From Octopus bimaculoides (Eukaryota), in contig NC_068989.1 in NCBI RefSeq assembly GCF_001194135.2, positions 2,260,191 to 2,324,190 on the forward strand: a stretch of 64,000 nucleotides of DNA, written 5' to 3'. The position numbers were made by a program, and so were the translations under genes. This document shows, piece after piece, positions 52,300 through 64,000 of the stretch. A model generated the notes under the pieces. That model did not search any database and was not told the DNA's origin. It saw only the letters and a program-made list of their open reading frames with translations. Position 1 is the first letter of the stretch. Each line of letters opens with the position of its first letter.

Positions 52300-52700
52300 G
52301 GAATAAAGTACACATGTCCCAGTGATCAGGCTGTTTTTAGATTCTTTATGCATTTTGGAAAATCTGTCTTTAAAGAAGAATCACTGAATATAGAAATTAA
52401 CACGAACTTGAAACTCTGCACTAAAATCTATAACTATGATGATTGCTCATCACATCTTTGAGACAGAGAATATTTATTGACGACACTTTGAAATATACGG
52501 GAGGTTTCACTAGATGTGTCTAAAGCGTTTATAAGCATCATTTAGAGATCGCTTATACATGATTCTAATGTGCCAGAAAAGAGTGTTGTTTCAGCATGGA
52601 AAATTCGCCTCATCATTTACCATATACAGTTTGTTATGATATCTGTCTTAATAGTCTTATGCTTGCGAACGCTTTACTTTATAAGGAATTAATTCTCAGC
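52300..52700 (+). mobile_element. LINE (CR1/Jockey-like) RT remnant
   Basis: VSLDVSKAF at 52504-52530 matches the RT motif 'xLDxSKAFD'. Surrounding frame is disrupted. Confidence 0.5.
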
Positions 52701-54249
52701 AAGTGTCGGTGGTACAAACCATAAAAGAGATTCAAGATCGTGATCAAAAATACAACTTCACTCTTTGAACATCAGCACTATTCATCGGGCACATCTCGGA
52801 CTAAATAGAAGCAACTAGCGATCTTTTAATACAAGAAACAGCCTGTAGTTTGATAATATTCGAACAGTGTAAATTGATGTATAAAATCTGCAAATTTAGA
52901 AGCTATGGATTGTAGACATTGCTTTCGTGATGTTGCTGCTTTATTATCGATCACATTCCACATTCAAATTCCCAATTTTGCGTCCACAAAAGTTATATCT
53001 TAAGACAAACACGAAATGTTAAAATGAAACAGAGCAAACCTGTCCTTTACACCAAAAGGTGTACTTAATTTCTCCTGAATATAAGAAAAAAACCCACATT
53101 TTGGTCGAATGCACATGGGAGAAGCTACTATCCTTGTGGTAAACTGGGCAAAAAGAATTTAAAGCTGGAGCAATTTAATTATCTGAATAACCATGATAGA
53201 ATTCCAGAAATGATCTGGACAGGGCTACAGCGAATGAGAAAGTGGTTGTGTTTGAAATTAAACTGGTCATCATCATTGATATGATATATACGTGCGCTTG
53301 TCTGTTGTGTGTATATACATGCAAATATATGTATATATGCAAACATATAGATACTACTCGTATATACATGCACACACACATATATATATATATATAACTT
53401 ACTACCTTTATTAACTTGCATATATAAATTTATATATATATTTACACGTGTTTATATATATCTATACGTATATGCATTTACACAAACACACACTGATATA
53501 TATATATATATATATACATGCATATGTACGTACGTACATACAGGCATACATACATGCATACATACATACATACATACATACATACATACGTACAATCATA
53601 CATACATGTCTGTGCACGTGCGTGTGTGTATGTGTGTATAAACATTGAACTAAATTTCAATTTAGACCTTATTTTCTTTTGGAATTCTTCATTGTGAACA
53701 AAATTATTAGAGATGTCAAATTCTTTAACTGCAAAAGTTTTCTTTTATAAGAACAACGCTGTAACTTAGAAATTCTGGTGTCTGTAATTTCCCATACGCC
53801 ACACCTTTCCAAACTTCTGATGATAATTCCAGTAATCTCTTCTAGTTGTAGAAATGAGAAAATTGCATGTTCCAAAAGATTATCCTTTTAAAGTCTTTGC
53901 TAAGTAATCTTTGACACTAGAGATTATCCTCATCTAAACGGTGTCTTTAAATTGCCTAATCCGGTAAGTTGTGGATTTTAAATGGATGTGTTTCTCTTTA
54001 GGCTGAAGGTTTTCTAGTCTGGTAAGTATTGCTGTTTAAATAGATATAGAAACGCGCATTACAAATCAAGATTTGTAATATTAACCTGGGTTAATATTAC
54101 AAATCAATATTAACCTAGAAACAAAATCTCGATAGTCAATCATATTTGATGAAAACCTTTCAATTGATTACATCAACCTCAGCCACGCAGGACCTATAAA
54201 AGACCAAGTTCTGCTCAAAAGAATTCGAGAAAGGACTTAATACTGCCAC

Positions 54250-54382
54250 ACATTTTCAACTTTGCCTTTCAACCATTTCGGGGTCGATAAATTAAGTACC
54301 AGTTGCGTATTGGGGTCGATCTAACCGACTGACCCCTTCCCCAAAAAATTTCGGGCCTTGTGCCTAGAGTAGAAAAGAATAT
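54250..54382 (+). mobile_element. SINE family A 3' half
   Basis: aactttgcctttcaaccatttcggggtcgataaattaagtaccag...gtgcctagagtagaaaagaat. Confidence 0.9.
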
Positions 54383-54569
54383 TTTATAGTTATCTATTTT
54401 ACTTGAAAAAACAAACATCATCTTCCTGGTATCTGACAATATCAACAAAAATATTTTATGATCAACAAGTTGCAGATACTGGAGTGATTTCCCCTTTAAA
54501 TTTTCAGCTTAACGCTGCAGAAGCAAAAACAAACGTGCCTTGTTTTCCAACAATCTGTACGTACAACTA

Positions 54570-54720
54570 CCTCATCCAAAGGATTTTCCATACACCTAGG
54601 ATGTTCAGGGACGTTAAAAGGGGCCAAGAGGTGTTGTAATTGTTCCAGTGTTCTTGATGTTCAAAGAAAGTTGTTGGAAACATTGCTTGAGACACATTCT
54701 ACGGCAACTGCTCTGCAACT
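54570..54720 (-). mobile_element. Possible Gypsy RT scrap
   Basis: Minus strand QQLSLNIKNTGTITTPLGPF resembles 'YxQxxL...TTITTPFGLF'. Confidence 0.3.
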
Positions 54721-55936
54721 AAAAGACACAAATAGATATTTAAAGTGAAATGTGTCTGCTGTATATTTTCTCTCTACCATTTATAAATGTCATGCCCTCA
54801 TTATCCAGCGAAGTACATTGACTTAAATACATCCATAACAGGAAATAATACCCAACATTCAGCGATACAGACCATAGCGTGATTTTTATTTACCTCTATA
54901 TTCTGAAGCAGATTCGAATGCATAATATTATAAGTTTCAAACTTTGACACAAGGCCAGCAGTTTCCTAAGGGGTCCCACCCGCAACTACAATGCTATCAT
55001 TTATTTTTTGTTCTTTTCAACTGTCTACAAACACAGCTAGGCTGAAATAATTAATGCATTCCTCCAGGAGGGAATAAACAATTCTCAAACTTGAAGAGAT
55101 AGGCCCCTTAGATACTAACATGAGACTCCATATATGGATTCTAATGGCGCATGGGGCCCACTATTGGGAAAGCTGGCAACCTGATCATTCCACCACTGTA
55201 ACCTTTAATATTTGCACACTTATCCACACAAGTCGTAAACATCACTGACAAGTTTCGTTAGAGATTTTCAGCCATCGTTTCTTTGTTTCGAACATTATTT
55301 TTTCTTTAAATAAAGAGCAACTTCATTGAGACAGGGTCACATATTTTCTAAAAAAGTTATTTATTCTCAATTGAATCCATTGCAAACAATTGGTATATTT
55401 TATATTTGACTAGAGAAATGTAGTAACATTTTTAGACTGGCACTGTACCGCATGTTTCTGCAGATTCAATCATAACGCAGACTACAATAAAGATTTCTCA
55501 TAGTAAAACAAGGCTAAGAAATTAACAGGGGAATAATTCAGTGAACTTCGGTAACATGAATAACTGTATCTGTATGGCTTAGTTTCAAAGCTCTCACAAG
55601 GGAATTTGATCGTAAAACAATGAAGATATAAACTATAGTTTCTCATCAACTGAACCTGTCATTGCATTATTCCTAATGTAGTTGACAAGGAAAAGCACAA
55701 CAATCTTTCTACATTTAGATCCTTACGTTTCAAGGTTCTTCCGACTCAGAGGGATCATTGTCATAACTTCTCTCCGGAGCTGTCGACTGTTTTCTCTTTT
55801 ATTTCATGTTAAACGCATGCTGTCCGAAATTAGCAANNNNNNNNNNNNNNNNNNNNNNNNNNNNNNNNNNNNNNNNNNNNNNNNNNNNNNNNNNNNNNNN
55901 NNNNNNNNNNNNNNNNNNNNNNNNNNNNNNNNNNNN

Positions 55937-55978
<42 letters not shown>

Positions 55979-56379
55979 GAGAAGTATTTTATCCTTCTGA
56001 TAATCCGTGGTTCAATCAGTCCCCCTCCTTTCAATTTTAATCTCCCTCTAGCATGTGAAGTATGGGTCAATCCTCTTTCTTCCAGAATTCAAATCCAGTT
56101 TTCCATATAATTTTCTGTTGCAATGATGATAAATGTCGGGCTGGAAACGTAATTTGTGTTCAGTGTTTTTAAGCTGGTCATCAATGCTATACAAGAGATT
56201 TAATTTTTCTTATCTGTTTCTTGTGATATCAAAAAGAGCAACTGCCTTCTATAACAGCATTTCTTTTTAACATTTTGCTGCTTCAGGCAACGATATTACT
56301 TTGGCTCTGTTGTAATCTGGCAGCAGATTTTATTCTTAGATTCTGTCGATCGATCCATCGATCTCAGTATGTTCTTCAT

Positions 56380-56640
56380 TATTAGTTTTTATTCCCTTTG
56401 TTGCTGTATTCCAGATTATTCTGGCCACCATAGTATAGTTTACAAAATGGCAATATCTAGAAAATATTCTGTTAGTTGTCAATTGTTAATGTCTTCAGTT
56501 TTAGTTTTACACAGCCTATATTTATTGTCAACTAATGTTTGTTGCTTTTATAGTAGAAGTCATTTGATCACGGTTTCTTGCGCCTGATTTCAAGGAAATA
56601 GCTACCTTGATCAAATGTTGGAAACTGGTGAATCGCTGCA
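56380..56640 (-). mobile_element. R4/Dong-like LINE C-terminal zinc-knuckle remnant
   Basis: Minus strand DNKYRLCKTKTEDINN then (frameshift) SRYCHFVNYTMVARIIWN. This resembles 'DxKCRLC...EDIxHI..C..SxRYY..RHDxVAxII'. Confidence 0.5.
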
Positions 56641-57262
56641 TTTTTTTAATTCAAGCATGCGTGTACAACAAACTCAAAGGCCTGGACTCTATGTTTTCTT
56701 TAGTTGCCATGCTAAGATGGATTTTCTAGTGTTCCTTGAAGAAATAACACCGTGAAATATATTTTATCTTTCCTCATTCATTATTCTAAAGATATTTTGA
56801 AACTGTTCTGAAATTGCACTGCACAATTGTTGCTCTTTACTTTTTTCTATGCTTCAGAGACATAACTGCATCTCATATGATATACTACCACACCACATAC
56901 CAACACACCACACCACACCACACTACTCCGCACACTAGCACTGACCACTTCCCAGCACCTACACATGCACACACCTACACATGCACACACGCACACGACA
57001 AGTCACCAGCCCCCTTCCACACGCACAGAACGCTCTCACATACACACGCACGCGCACCTTCGTTTTGGGTGTATACATATATTTAAGTATAAATAAGAGG
57101 AGAGACCACTAAGTGGACTTCTTGTATGTTAAAAATAGACGTCAAACCGTCCTACCATGAAAAATGTATTCTCAAATTAGCTAGAAGCTAGATGATTACG
57201 AGGTAGAGAAATGAAATGAAATAAATTGATATTATTTAATAATATTAACTTCTACCATTTTA

Positions 57263-57296
<34 letters not shown>

Positions 57297-57424
57297 NNNN
57301 NNNNNNNNNNNNNNNNNNNNNNNNNNNNNNNNNNNNNNNNNNNNNNNNNNNNNNNNNNNNNNNNNNNNNNNNNNNNNNGAGAGAGAGAGAGAGAGAGAGA
57401 GAAAGAGGGGGAGAGAGGTAGACT

Positions 57425-57476
<52 letters not shown>

Positions 57477-58793
57477 TGGATATATTAAATCTATGGGGAT
57501 ATAGTTATATATCAACTATTTGTATATTTAATATGCAGGTGATAGATATTACATCATAAACTGCTATTGCGTGGACTAAGATCCCTTTTAACATACTACT
57601 GATAAGTTGTTGAAAATTTTATAGAATGCACATTTGAAGTTTCAGTACTTTGAACACATTTTTTTGAGGATTTGAGGTAGAATCATCTAGATCCTACAAC
57701 TTCGTCTAGTATAACCTTGGTACTAACATAATCGTCCCAGAGAAAATAGCATACAGACCATATGAGAAACGAACTGATATTAAACACTTCCACCATTTTT
57801 TCCACTCCGGCAACGATATAACTATGATATGATGTTTTTGTTTTCACACAGGACATTCAAATTGAATTATTTCTTGCCTTGAGAAATGAAATCAGTCAAA
57901 ATTCCAACGCCATTTTTCTCGTTGTCAATCTGAATTATTTCAGCGATGTCAAATTCTTGTATTTGTATTTATCTAATATGACGTATACAGTTGTTTCTGT
58001 AAAATTATTTAGTGTACGCCATTATATATTGTCGTATTCTTTTATTCTCTAAATTTTAAAATATATATATTCTCTAGCAAGTATTTGAATATTGAATGAC
58101 TTCTCAAATTCCAAGCAACCTACAGAAAACTGGTAACAAAAAAAAGGAGTGAAGCACCTAAATATGTCCCTCAATGATGCAACAGTATGCGCCTATATAT
58201 GTTAACCGACAGAAAGGTAGTATTTTTGTCATGTTTTTAATAGACATGACTCTAAGAACGATTACAAAAATGAGTAAGAACACCATAACTAAGTAATCCT
58301 AAGGTCCTTTTAGCCTTTTTCTTATTTCTGCTACTGATGTCTACTTTTTTGATAAATCAAATTCTTAACATAAATTTATTGTCTTTCCGTATGAAACCAT
58401 CGTATAGCTAATTGAATAAAGGTAATTAAAATCCATATTGACATGTGATCTCCATTTACGAACAATATGACTGAATTTGTTGAACTTTCTTTTTTTAGAA
58501 GTTAAATCATATATTTAACACACACACGCGCACACACACACACACACACATACACACACACACACATATATATATATACATATATATATATATATGTATA
58601 CAGATTGACACTCCCACGCACACACAGACGCATATATATGTGTGTGGGTGTGTGGGAGAGAGAGAGGGAAAACGAAAGTGAGAGAGAGAAAGAGAGAGAG
58701 AGAGAAAGANNNNNNNNNNNNNNNNNNNNNNNNNNNNNNNNNNNNNNNNNNNNNNNNNNNNNNNNNNNNNNNNNNNNNNNNNNNNNNNNNNNN

Positions 58794-58830
<37 letters not shown>

Positions 58831-59616
58831 TAGTGAGAGACAGATTGGGCTTGTCTGTGCATACGTGATATTCTATTATTCAGTTAAACTCTACAGATGT
58901 AATATTTTAATAGAAAAGCTATCTTTTCTTTGGAAAGCAATGGAAGTACTTGACAGAACTATTTTCTTTCGAGTTCTTCAATTAATGGCTGGATGTGATA
59001 TGCGACCTCATCAATTAAAATTCAAAGCGTGGTATAAGATTTTCCTCTTTTTTTATGTTTATGAAATATATATTTTCAGTAAGGATTATGTAACAGATCA
59101 AGAGTGGAGATGGATTCAACGCCGGCTGCATGTTCATGATACATTACTAAGTTTAGCGGATCAAATCTGCCAAATTGACGCCAATGTATCGTCAGAATGA
59201 GAAATGAGAAAGATCAGATTCCTAAATCTTTACCATTTTCCATATTAAACCAATTCCAATGAGAAACATTCGAGAAAGATACATTATTAATTCGTGAACC
59301 ATTATTTAAGATAATCTTATTTATATATAAAAGCAACATTATTTCATGCTCTTTAGTGAACTTTCGTTTATTGAGGAAAAGTGAAAAATAGTAGATAGCA
59401 ATTCCCAGCCTACAAAATATAACAAACGTATAAAAGAATGTAATTTTCAAAGGTGTTCTCTCCAAACACTATGCTCAGTAGTATTTTTGTTAACTTCACT
59501 TCACCACCGCGAGAATCGATCGCTTCAAAGAGCAGAATTCGAAAAAGAAATCATGCACTTCTTAATTTTTTTTTTTAATATATATATACAAGATTCTAAA
59601 CGTCGGCTTCTTTATT

Positions 59617-59830
59617 CGTTTGTACTCTAGGCACAAGGCCCGAAATTTTTGGGGAAGGGGCCAGTCGATTAGATCGACCCCAGAACGCAACTGGTACTTA
59701 ATTTATCGACCCTGAAAGGATGAAAGGCACAGTCGACCTCGGCGGAATTTGAACTCAACGTAAAGACAGACAAAATTCCGCTAAGCATTCGGCCAGGCGT
59801 GCTGACGTTTCTGCCATCTCATTGTCTTAT
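59617..59830 (-). mobile_element. SINE family A with perfect 15-bp TSD
   Basis: GTCGGCTTCTTTATT at 59602-59616 and 59831-59845. Confidence 0.92.
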
Positions 59831-60390
59831 GTCGGCTTCTTTATTGAATTCTAAAAGTGTTCGGATAAAACAAAATGTCTGGCAAGATTCGTTGTGGCTC
59901 TTTGTATTCTGAGTTCAAATAACGACGTGGTCAGATCCAGAGTTTTCAAACTGCCTCAGTTTGAATCAGTTCAAATATTACGTTTAAGATTACACGTGAA
60001 TGTAAAATAGTCAGTAATTAACTCTGTAATATAACAGGCTCTGTACTTGCTATTCAAAGATGCTAAGTTGCGGGACTCTGAACAAAATCGATTCACAGAA
60101 TCCTAAGCTGTTAGCGTGGTTCTGGGTGTAATGTTATGAAATATGTTTATAGTACGTGTTCCTGCAGAAGAGCCGTCCGAATATTTGTGATTTTATGAGT
60201 AGCTGTTCATACGATCGTACATCTAAATGTTCATTGTTGAAAACAGTGGATTCCTCACCGCAGTAAAGTATTCAATGATCTCATAGCTTTCAAAGAATCT
60301 GTGGCATTTCTACGTGTATACATGAATATGCATGGGGTATATTTTAAAAAGTCTGTGTATGTATTAGCGTTTATAAAACAGTAGTTGAAG

Positions 60391-60450
60391 GATGATGATG
60401 ATGATATTGATGATGATGAGGATGATGATGAGGAGGAGGAGGAGGAGGAG
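60391..60450. repeat. (GAT)n(GAG)n microsatellite
   Basis: Direct repeat. Confidence 0.9.
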
Positions 60451-61083
60451 GAAATACAAGAATTATTCAAAGGAGGAAGAAAGAGGAAGAAGAAAAAGAA
60501 GGAAGGAAAGTAAAACATGTAAGCGTAACATTAAAGTGCAGAAGAAACCCGAGGAACAAAAAAAATAAGCAGTTGCATCGTTGTTAAGTTAAAAAGCAGA
60601 CGATAAAGATAACATCAGAACATTTTTGTTACGGCTATTGAGATTACACTCCGTTATATTACGACTGAATAAATCAGCCCCTCCTTAAGTGGTCGTTCTA
60701 ACTGCTAGAAATGTTAGTAAATTCTTTATTTCGTAACCCATTGTCTGGAGAACTGCGACTGAATTTGTGATAGTTGTAATGCTTCAAAAAGAAAAGGAAA
60801 AAACAAGATATTCGTAATATTTTTATATCGTCAGTTTAAAGATTAACCTTGGGCTAAACAACAAAAGCAAAAATCTCATTTATTCGGCTGAAGCTTTATG
60901 TCAGTGTCTTAAATCCTTGCCAGAGATTGCCAGTGTGTGTATATTAGTTTAGTTTATGCATGTGTACGAATGTATGTATGTCAGTTGGTGTGCACATGTA
61001 TGCGCATACATACATGTGTGTGTATATCTGTGTGTTCACACATATGTGTGTGTGTGTGTATGACTGGGTGTGTTTTTGTGTGG

Positions 61084-61137
<54 letters not shown>

Positions 61138-62529
61138 NNNNNNNNNNNNNNNNNNNNNNNNNNNNNNNNNNNNNNNNNNNNNNNNNNNNNNNNNNNNNNN
61201 NNNNNNNNNNNNNNNNNNNNNNNNNNNNNNNNNNNNNNNNNNNNNNNNNNNNNNNNNNNNNNNNNNNNNNNNNNNNNNNNNNNNNNNNNNNNNNNNNNNN
61301 NNNNNNNNNNNNNNNNNNNNNNNNNNNNNNNNNNNNNNNNNNNNNNNNNNNNNNNNNNNNNNNNNNNNNNNNNNNNNNNNNNNNNNNNNNNNNNNNNNNN
61401 NNNNNNNNNNNNNNNNNNNNNNNNNNNNNNNNNNNNNATATATATATGCACGCATGCATTTATCGTTTCACACAGAATACCGATAGATACTGTAAAGTAT
61501 ATTTTATGAAGCTGGTGATGGACTCCCTTGTAGCTCAAAGATTTTCGCTTTATGCGATCTTTCAGAATTCAAAACCAATGTTTGATAGATAAACTCGTGT
61601 TAGAAAATCAACATTATTGACTTCATACCGTCCGTGCTTGTTCCATTAAATTCCGTATCTTTTGGTTCTCTTTCTTTACCGTTAAATTTGATATTTACTG
61701 ATTATTTCGTTATTGCTTTCTTTCTGGATTTTTTCCTATTCTTTCTTCGATTCTTTATTGCTTTTCTGCCCTCTTTAGATTAATTTTTCCTGTTTTTCTA
61801 TTTCTTTCATGTATTTTGCTCACCTAAAACGCATACACTATTTATATTCAGTCTATCTCTGACTGTAGCTCTGTGTGCGTACGTGGTCGTATACCTATGT
61901 GTGTGCGCGCGTTTGTACGTTGTGTGCAGCAAGAAGGTAGAAAACAATAGACAGTTGTTCAATGAGCAGACAGTAGGAACAAAAGTTGCAGATGCGGTGG
62001 ATAAGCAAAAATAACATCGCAATTATATCGGACAGAAACATACATTTGGAGACATATAAGTTCACGTCTGATAATTATGCTACATCATGCAAAGAGAAGA
62101 TAAATAAGAAGAAAAGACAGAAAATAGCGAGAGAGGAACAATAAAAAGGAAAATGGAGACCAAAAGTAGAAGAAACTGGTTTAACTGAAGCAACTGCGAT
62201 AAATAAAATATGGTGGTCGGGGTTACTTGCTTGGTTTACAGTACGTCCACCGCTTAAACATTCTGTTATGCTGCTGTCTGCTTTTTATACTCTTTCACTG
62301 TCTCAGATTTAGAGAATTTATGTCTATTTCAAAGTTATGTAGAAGAGATAGAAAGGCGAAGGTCGTAACCTGGCGACTGAATTTAAGTTTACAATAGCAA
62401 ACAACAGAAAGCATCGAAGGAGACGCTGACATTTGCCATGAAACAACTAAAAGAAAGACAGCAAACTCGAGCAGTATATCTATTAGAATAATTTTTTCTT
62501 GCTGCAGGTAAATAAATGTTTATACGAAG

Positions 62530-63420
62530 ATGAAACAATTAGTGACACCTGAAGCAGAAGGAATAGATTTATTTAATGTCTGTGATGCATCAGAGAAGAA
62601 TTGTTTTGGACGGCATAATTTTGCAGAATGTTTTCGTTCACTTCAATTAATTGTTATTGCAGTGACCACAACTGGAATAGCTGCAACTTGGCTCACAGCT
62701 GGAATAAAATCTTGTTCTGCTTTTATGCCTTCAATCAATCTTGTACAATGATAGTTCTGTATGCAATATTGGCGAACAATCTGGACAGAGAGGGGCTCTG
62801 AAGCCGGTTGAGTTGAATATATGTGATTCATGAATAATGCATTTGGGCTTTCTATCGCATTTTACATGATTTCTGATGGAATGATTTCAGGTAAACTATG
62901 GAGTCATTTCCAAGATGACAATTATTGTTGATTTATATCCATAAAAAAAAGCATACATTTGGAGACGAGATTTATAAATATATATTTCTATCAAAGTTAG
63001 AATTGCACTGAATAAAAACCTGTCCGCAACTATGTTGCAAATGTTTTTACTTAAATTGGAGTTAATGGGCAGCTTTCACTTCACATCAAGTATGGTGACG
63101 TCAATAGAAATGTTCCTGGAATAAAACACTCGGAAGCTCAAGAAAAGCTATTGAAGGTTTACCGTAAGCTTTCAAAGAATCACAAAAACCAAAAGTGGTT
63201 GACATTTTGGTATTCGAAGATGATATTATGCAGGATATTTATGCCGCCATCATCACGCAATAAGTACTAGCTCAATCCAGAAGGTGTACGTCAGCTCACA
63301 GTGGAGTTGACGTTTACAATGCTACCAGCTATCAACCAGGGTTTCGATTCTTTTCATCCCAGAGATGCCCGTCTTCATACTCAACAATCGAATGTTGGAG
63401 CATCCACTGTACGTCTGCTA
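62530..63420 (+). mobile_element. Decayed Helitron PIF1-like helicase remnant
   Basis: RSLQLIVIAVTTTGIAATWLTAGIKSCSAF matches the RepHel motif 'RSxGxIxLAVASSGIAATLLxGGRTAHSxF'. EKLLKVYRKLSKNHKNQKWL (63142-) resembles 'LIxKVFPN...NxxWL'. Confidence 0.7.
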
Positions 63421-63519
63421 AATCAAAAAACAAAAAATACAAGCTTTTGATGGTTTTATAGATATTTCAAAATTATGATGCTATGATGCTAGGTGTTTCT
63501 ATTATTTTGTCCAACCCCT

Positions 63520-63594
<75 letters not shown>

Positions 63595-63952
63595 AGTTCG
63601 TGTTATTTGTGTGTGTGCATGCATGCATGTATATCAATAGGCACGCTAGGAGTAGGCTAGAAACCCTCGATATGTATTTATGACATAATTTCCTCAATCT
63701 TAACTTTTCTAAAATACCCAGTATAATATTTCTCCAACACCCATTCAAACACAATCTGATCTATATTGTTCGACTAATTGAGTAATGTATAAACATTCTT
63801 TTGTGAATCCTAAAACAAAGCAAAATCCAAGTTCCTATAGCAAAAATGTCATGATCTGAATTTCACACATCTCTGGCATTTGAAACTCTGAGTTCTATTA
63901 TGACAACTTATTGATTGTCCTATACTACATATATATATAAATATATATATAT

Positions 63953-64000
63953 ATTCCTCTATTTGCATAATATCGAGGTCTCACTCTTTTCTTGTCATTT
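63953..64000 (+). mobile_element. Second copy of the 3' segment of the 41.5-kb repeat (runs off window)
   Basis: attcctctatttgcataatatcgagg versus attcctctatttacataatatcgagg at 41568. Confidence 0.7.

Noticed and set aside
57852-58050. Open frame after the acceptor-like ttttcacacag
   Set aside because: No recognisable homology, no strong donor, and an AT-rich hydrophobic translation typical of chance.

Overview
AT-rich, microsatellite-saturated animal genomic DNA from a gapped short-read assembly (many N runs, most flanked by simple repeats). The SINE families look like those of octopus/coleoid cephalopods; this is my recognition, not a database result. I found no confidently supported host protein-coding gene, rRNA, true tRNA or CRISPR array. 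Nearly all listed ORFs are microsatellite or N-run artefacts. The window is a transposon graveyard. It holds four tRNA-derived SINE families in many copies; remnants of Tc1, mariner, maT (DD37D) and hAT transposases; Helitrons, including a composite element with intact termini; several independent Penelope-like element (PLE) fragments; and CR1-like, RTE-like, R4/Dong-like and Gypsy-like scraps. The most notable signals are two near-canonical type I hammerhead ribozyme motifs (24809-24868 and 41462-41535), a third variant motif (about 42990-43030, minus strand), a composite Helitron with a 91-bp mini-Helitron at its 3' end, and several perfect palindromes and foldbacks. TE family calls rest on manual translation and remembered consensus motifs, and their boundaries are approximate unless termini or TSDs are quoted.
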